A DNA stretch of 64,000 bases from Vicugna vicugna (lineage: Eukaryota), in NCBI GenBank assembly GCA_013265495.1, contig MU057887.1:73985-137984 (forward strand), written 5' to 3'. Below are positions 58,541 through 64,000 of this stretch, piece by piece. Position 1 is the first letter of the stretch. The number at the start of each line of letters is the position of its first letter. A program made the position numbers and the translations under genes. The notes below the pieces were generated by a model. That model had not been told where the DNA came from and made no database searches. It saw only the letters and a program-made list of their open reading frames with translations.

Positions 58541-60339
58541 ATGTACCTCTGACAACAGTCGGTATGTTGTGCTCTTCTGCCCTGCCTCAGAAACCATCAT
58601 TACCGGATGGAGGTGTTAAGCATGGCCACCATGAACAGTTGTGTAGGTTGTCTACTGCACAAGAGCACCAGCAGGTGCTCCCCTCACCCAGTGCTGGCAG
58701 GCGTCTACCTGGAGGAAGAGGCGCCTTTTTCTCACTTGCTTAGAAGTGCTCTGTGGGCTTCTCGGCCTTGATAAGATACGCCCTAATACCTAGTCTTTTC
58801 CGTGGCTTTTCAGGAAAAATCAACACCATGTACATTATCCTCCATCACTCCATCCCAGTGGGTGGCTTTCCTGTGGCCAGATGTGTGCTCCTATTTTGAA
58901 ACAGGGGAAGAAATAAGTCCGAGCCTTTGAAGCTCAACCAGTGATTTAGCTAATGACTTCCTGTGCTGAGCAGGCGTGCAGATGTGCTGAGGCACTGAAA
59001 GGAACTTGACATGTTATGGAAGGAGCCGGGGCACGCTGGGCTGGGGAAAATGTGCCCGCTTTCACTGCAAGTGTCCGCTGTGGACACGTGAGCTGGCAAG
59101 GACAGCTTCCTGATTTCTCCTTTCTTAAGAAAGTTGAGAAATGCAGGAGTGACCATCCTTACAGGAATGAGAGGGCATTCTCGGGCTGAGGGACTCTCTG
59201 CGGGAAGTCAGAGATCTCCACCTGGTCCTGTCAGTGAGGGCAACTCGAGGCAGCATGGTATCTGTGAATTATGCCCGAGGGCTTGGTCCCGAGGATCTGG
59301 GGGACAGTGCACTGGAGAGTGTCTGGGCGTTGGCGTTGCTTCCGTGGCTGCTGAGCCCAAACCATGTACCACGTGAGGTCAGACTTGCATCGTTTTTATA
59401 TCAGAGCAGATGGCGGGTGGGGGCCTGTGGCTTTCTGGGGGCAGGACAGTGTGGGTCAGAAAGTGGACTCCGGAGCCAGGCTGCTGCATTCAGATCCTGT
59501 CTCGGCCCCTTACCCGTTCTCCTCTGCCAGCCTCTGTTGACTCCTCTGTAAAATGGGCATATTGGTGCCTGCCTCAAAGGGTCGTTGTGAGATTTAAACG
59601 AGCAAATCCATGTAAGGGCCTGCAGTTCATGTGGTCAGTGCTTTGGGCAGAGGGCACTCTGATGTTTAGTATCACACAAGCAGAGGAGAAGCTGCCATCC
59701 TTTGGGGCAAGGAAAAGACCCCCTGCGGTATTCCGGCCGTGCGGGGCAGCTGCATGCCTGCAGGCGGCGGGGACTACCTGGGTTTTTGCCTCAAGTGGTT
59801 CTGGGGACGCTTATCCACCTGAGAACCGGCCTGCACGGTGGACCCCCGGGCTCCAGCGGGCTGCGTTCACACAGCTCACAGTGAGGGCCGCTGTGTTCAG
59901 AGACGCTGGGTCTGAGCTCCTGGAGTGCCTGGCTGGGTTAACTTCTAGGTAACAAATGACTCTGGCAGCCTGACATGTGAGAGCTCGGCCCGACGGCTGG
60001 GTGTCAGGGGCCCCGCCAGCGTGGTGGCGGGCTCAGGGATGGGCCTTCTGCAGCTCGTCTACCGGCGGCCGCACGAGGCCGTTCTGAGTGGGCCACATGG
60101 GTGTGTCCAGGAGGGAGGGATCCGTGATCTCGGGACTTGTAAAGCTTGTGCTGGGGGTGTGGTCAGATGACTGAAGCAGAGCAGAGCCAGGGTTGTGCTT
60201 TACAGTAAAAAGAAAAGGTGCTGAGAGCTATTTATTCTGGGCGGAAGGAGTTGCTTGCTTCTGGAGATGCAGCAGAGCAGCAGGGAGTCGAGGTGGAGGG
60301 GCCGAGCGAGTCCCGGGGCTGCGTCCCAGTTCATCCTCT

Positions 60340-60800
60340 TTGTTGGTTTCCTATGGCTCTTATAACAAATTACCGAAAACTAGGTGATATAAAACGATGA
60401 ATTTATTCTCTTCCGGTCCTGGGGGACAGAAGCCTGAAAGCGTGGTGTTGACAGGGCCCCCTATCCCCCAGAAGTTGCTCCCCGTCCAGGAGAGAATCCC
60501 TCTTGCCTCTTCAAGCTTTTGGGGGCTGTCGGCAACCTTTCACCTGCCCGGAGCCGGTGGCTGTGTCACTCTCTGCTCTGCCTCCGTCTCCACAGGGCTG
60601 TCTCCCCGCTCTAGCTTTCTCTCTTATGTCCGTCTTATCCGGATACAGTATTGCATGTAGCGCCCTCCTGGATAAACTCCTCCTCTCGAGGTCATTGTCT
60701 TAATCACTTTCACTGAGACCTTTTTCCATGTAAGGCCGCATTCATGGGTACGGGGATTTGACATGGATGTCTTTGGGGGACCATTTTCAGGCTACCCCCT
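60340..60800 (-). mobile_element. MaLR LTR (MLT1 family)
   Basis: TTTCCTATGGCTCTTATAACAAATTACC...ATTTATTCTCTT...GGATGTCTTTGGGGGACCATTTTCAG. Confidence 0.75.
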
Positions 60801-61012
60801 CCACTTACTGGCTGTGTGACCTTGGGTAAGTTACTTAACATGTCTGAGCCTCAGTCGTCATCTAAGAAACGAGGACCAGGCCCCCAGCCTGTGGATTCTC
60901 AGTGTTGTCCTGGACGTGTCCCCACTGGGTGCCTATAGCTTCTGTTACGGGGAGAGCACATTTGGTTTCAATGATGAGGAGCGGGAGACTGAGCCCTGTG
61001 CTTTGCGCCAAG

Positions 61013-61144
61013 GTATCTGAAGTACACGCTGGACCAGTACGTGGAGAGTGATTACACCATCGTCTACTTCCACTACGGGCTGAACAGCCAGAACAAGCCA
61101 TCCCTGGGCTGGTTCCAGAGCGCCTACAAGGAATTCGACAGGAG
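61013..61144 (+). CDS. ARHGAP8: ARHGAP8 BCH-domain exon ([43 protein letters not shown]); gene continues beyond the window
   Basis: AAG acceptor; AG|GTGCGT donor; 132 nt; phase 2 to 2. Confidence 0.96.
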
Positions 61145-61309
61145 GTGCGTGCCCTCCAGCCTTCGAGGGGGGAGCCTCAGGGTGCAGGAGGCTCGGGTGA
61201 CAGGAGGGGTCACGCGTCTGCAGTAGGGGAGGACGGGATGCCAGGGGAAGTTGGGGTGTTAGGGGCGCCTCCCTTCAGGGCCGGGGCCTCTGCCCAGCGC
61301 TGTCACAGG

Positions 61310-61615
61310 GGGCAGGGTGGGCACACATACTCTGAAAGGGCCGGACAGTCAGGATGCTGGCTTTGTGGGCCACCATGTCTCTGTCGCAACCTCTCAACTC
61401 TGCTGGAAAGTCTGGAAGTGGCCGTGGGTAACAAACAGGCAGGACTATTTATTTATGGACATGGAAACGTGAATTTCATGTCATTTTCACATATCACAAA
61501 CTATTATTCTTTTCATTTTTTTCAACCATTAAAAGCGTAGAGCCATTCTCAGCTTGCGGGCTGTACAAAGCAGGCGACAGGCCAGACTCGTACCCGAGAG
61601 CACCGACTCTGGTCT
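61310..61615 (+). mobile_element. MER58B-like hAT-Charlie DNA transposon
   Basis: AAAGGGCCGGACAG...GGCTTTGTGGGCCA...GTCTCTGTCGCAAC...GAATTTCATGTCATTTTCAC...TTCAACCATTAAAA. Confidence 0.7.
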
Positions 61616-63379
61616 AGTGAGTTGCTGGCAAGGAAACGTAACCATCCCCCCGCTGCCCTCCACCTGCAGCGCGCTTCAGTCTGCAGGGGGCTTTCTGGTG
61701 TCTCGTGTCGAAGAGGTGGGCACAGGTGTTACAGACAGGGACACACGGGCCCCAGAGGACGGGTGTCTCCCTCTAGGTCCCTCAGCTGGCACGTGGCAGG
61801 GCTGGGACCCCAGCTGAGACCCACGTTCTGCACTGTTTGGGGACTGCCAGGGGCTAGTGGACTTTTTCCTGCCGTGTCTTGCGTAACAGTGGGCTTCGCA
61901 GTGCACGCGGCTCACAGACGGCGCTGCTGGGCGTTAATGTTGAAATCCGGGACTCCTCCGGGTTTTCCTTCTTCCAGGTCCTTTCAAACCTATAATGAAA
62001 TCTCCCTAACAGATGTTTGAGTCGGTGGGACGGTGGCAGGCAGTGCCTGATTTCTCAAAGCCCTCCCTCCCGACTGCCTCTTGGGCCCTGCTGCCATTGT
62101 CAAGAGAAGCTAATTTAGAGGGATTTCTCGATTTCCTGCCCTGGGTCTTGGGGAAAGTTTTGTTGCTACGTTTTGCAGTCATTTATCTGGCACCATATGT
62201 ACCGGTCAATGCAGGGGAGTCAGAGGCGACCAGGCCTTAGCTCTGGCCTTCCCCCATGAAGCCTTCCTGGATTGGCCCAGGAGAATCAGCAGTCCCTCCC
62301 CTGCAGCTTCACTGTCCCTGTGCCAATGATGCACCTGCAAAGTGTGCATTTGTGGCCAGGTCTTCCCCCTGCACCTGGCTGCACCCCCTGATCCATCTCT
62401 GCATCCCTTGCCTATCAGAAAGGGTCTGCATGTGACAGGCTCTCATAAATGTTGGGTGGGAGGAGGGAGGAAGGAGGTGGGCTAGCACTAAATACCAACC
62501 TTCCAACTGGGGCAGTCAGAGAGGCTGCATGGAGGAGGCAGCCTCTGAGTGGCTCCTGGAGTGATGGGCAGGCTGTTGCTAGGCGGCAGACACAAGAAAG
62601 GATGGTGGGCTGAGGCTCCGTGGGTAGGAGGGCTAGACTGGTGAGCTCACATGGGAACCATGGAGGGAGGCAGCAAAGGGTAGGGAGCGTGCTAAGGGTG
62701 CCAAGCTTTGTCTAGGAGGCAGTGGGGAGCCATGCAAGGTTCTTGAGGAGAAGCAAATGACATGTTCAGAGTAACCCTTTTCAGAAGCTCAGGCTGACAG
62801 CACAAGGATGTGTGTTTATACCTTTGTCTTGAACTGAAAAAGATAAATTGTCAAATGAGAGGAAGTTAACTTGTTCTGTGTCTCATACTCCCCTCAAAGG
62901 TGGACTGTGGGTAGGGATAGGGTTACAGAGCTAGGTTTGATGGAAGCCAAAATGAGGGAAAGCCTAGGCTTCAAAACCAGCCAACAGTGGACTGTCTGCT
63001 ATCAGATAGTGAGTTCCCCACCACTGGAGGTATGTAAGTGGATCTCCAGATCTAATTAGATGAGATTTATACACAAGGATTTTCCATCCGCCATCACTGC
63101 ACCCCAGTGGGTTTCCTGGGTTCTTTTCTGTTGTCTCTGCTATTGACTTCTCGTCTTCCAGACTATTCTGCCAGGTTACTCCTTTAAGGAAGAACCATTC
63201 ACACAGGAGTGTCCGTGACCCTCTTCCAGCAGTACTCACCTCTGCCAAGAAGCTCCTGCCATGGGGGCACCTAACGGAAGCCACCTTCCAGTAGGGATGG
63301 ACTTCATGGCAGCTGTGTTCTGGGTCCTTGGACCACCTGAAAGTCACCGTAGCCTCCCTGTTCCGAATGGCAAGCCTGT

Positions 63380-63960
63380 CTTTTTGTAATTAATTAGTAT
63401 TCCTTTGGGAGACACTTGGCGATTCTATAAATACCCTGTTCCTCATGGGAGTTGTGTGGGCTAGCTTTGGCCTCTGTTGCCGTTTCTCGGCTTGATTATT
63501 ACTAAAATGGGTGCCAAACAGTGACTGGGATTCCTGGTTGGCCCTTTACTGTAAGAAAGAGCCTTCTCTTCTGGTTTATTTATGTCAGTATGGACTTGTG
63601 ATTTCCCATTTTATTTGGTGGGTTAAAATCCATGACTGTATTTATCTTGATGCTCAAATTGTTCGAATTTGGCCAAGCGGGCTTAAGCCTAGCTCTGTGT
63701 CCCTCAGACACGCCCCGTCCCTCTGAGCACTTCCGTTACTTTCTAGCACCAGGAGATGCTCTGCCCAGCCTGGGAATTGCCGTTCCTCTTAGTGGAGGGT
63801 GCTCCTAAGGCCCTGGAAGCAATGTGCTAGTTGCTCTTGGGGTGTTACGGCTCCTAGGCCAGTCGGTAGACAGTTGGGGGGGTGCGTGTGTGTGTACATA
63901 AGCACGCACACACATCAACCTCGGTCTCACATTCACACTTACCTATTCCTACTGGTACCC
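63380..63960 (-). mobile_element. Old L1 (L1MC/ME-like) 3'UTR fragment
   Basis: TTTATTTATGTCAGTATGGACT...TTGATGCTCAAATTGT...TTTGGCCA motifs; subfamily uncertain. Confidence 0.55.
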
Positions 63961-64000
63961 ATACGTTCACACCGACATCTACACCAGTTTCAGCCCTACC

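Noticed and set aside
61145..64000. Next ARHGAP8 exon (YKKNLKALYVVHP...)
   Set aside because: Looked for and not found; the gene presumably continues past the window end, so this is not evidence of exon loss.

Overview
Mammalian genomic DNA, very GC-rich. Four tRNA-derived SINEs resemble the camelid Vic-1 family, so the source is probably a camel, alpaca or llama. The window holds the complete PRR5 (Protor-1, mTORC2-associated) coding sequence on the + strand: 8 coding exons, 1473-26946, 1170 nt = 389 aa + stop, with all splice phases consistent. It also holds the 5' part of ARHGAP8 (BPGAP1): a CpG-island promoter near 36 kb and three exons encoding the start of the BCH/CRAL-TRIO domain, after which the gene leaves the window. 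The rest is intron and intergenic sequence with L1, MIR, MaLR/ERV LTR, hAT and SINE relics, plus a 68-N assembly gap. Most interesting points: (1) the human/mouse ARHGAP8 start ATG reads ACG here, with a new ATG 9 codons downstream; (2) the frame needed for a PRR5-ARHGAP8 read-through fusion is intact; (3) a perfect 24-bp-arm palindrome and a 27-nt-periodic triple CAGGT motif lie in the ARHGAP8 promoter; (4) two near-consensus, co-oriented CTCF motifs flank PRR5 exon 7; (5) a uORF whose start overlaps an HNF1-like site lies in the PRR5 leader; (6) old L1 copies show a strong AT-to-GC shift. I see no evidence of a wholly new multi-gene system. Most ORFs in the supplied track are GC-content artefacts. 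Comparisons with human/mouse proteins and repeat consensuses are from memory, not from searches.
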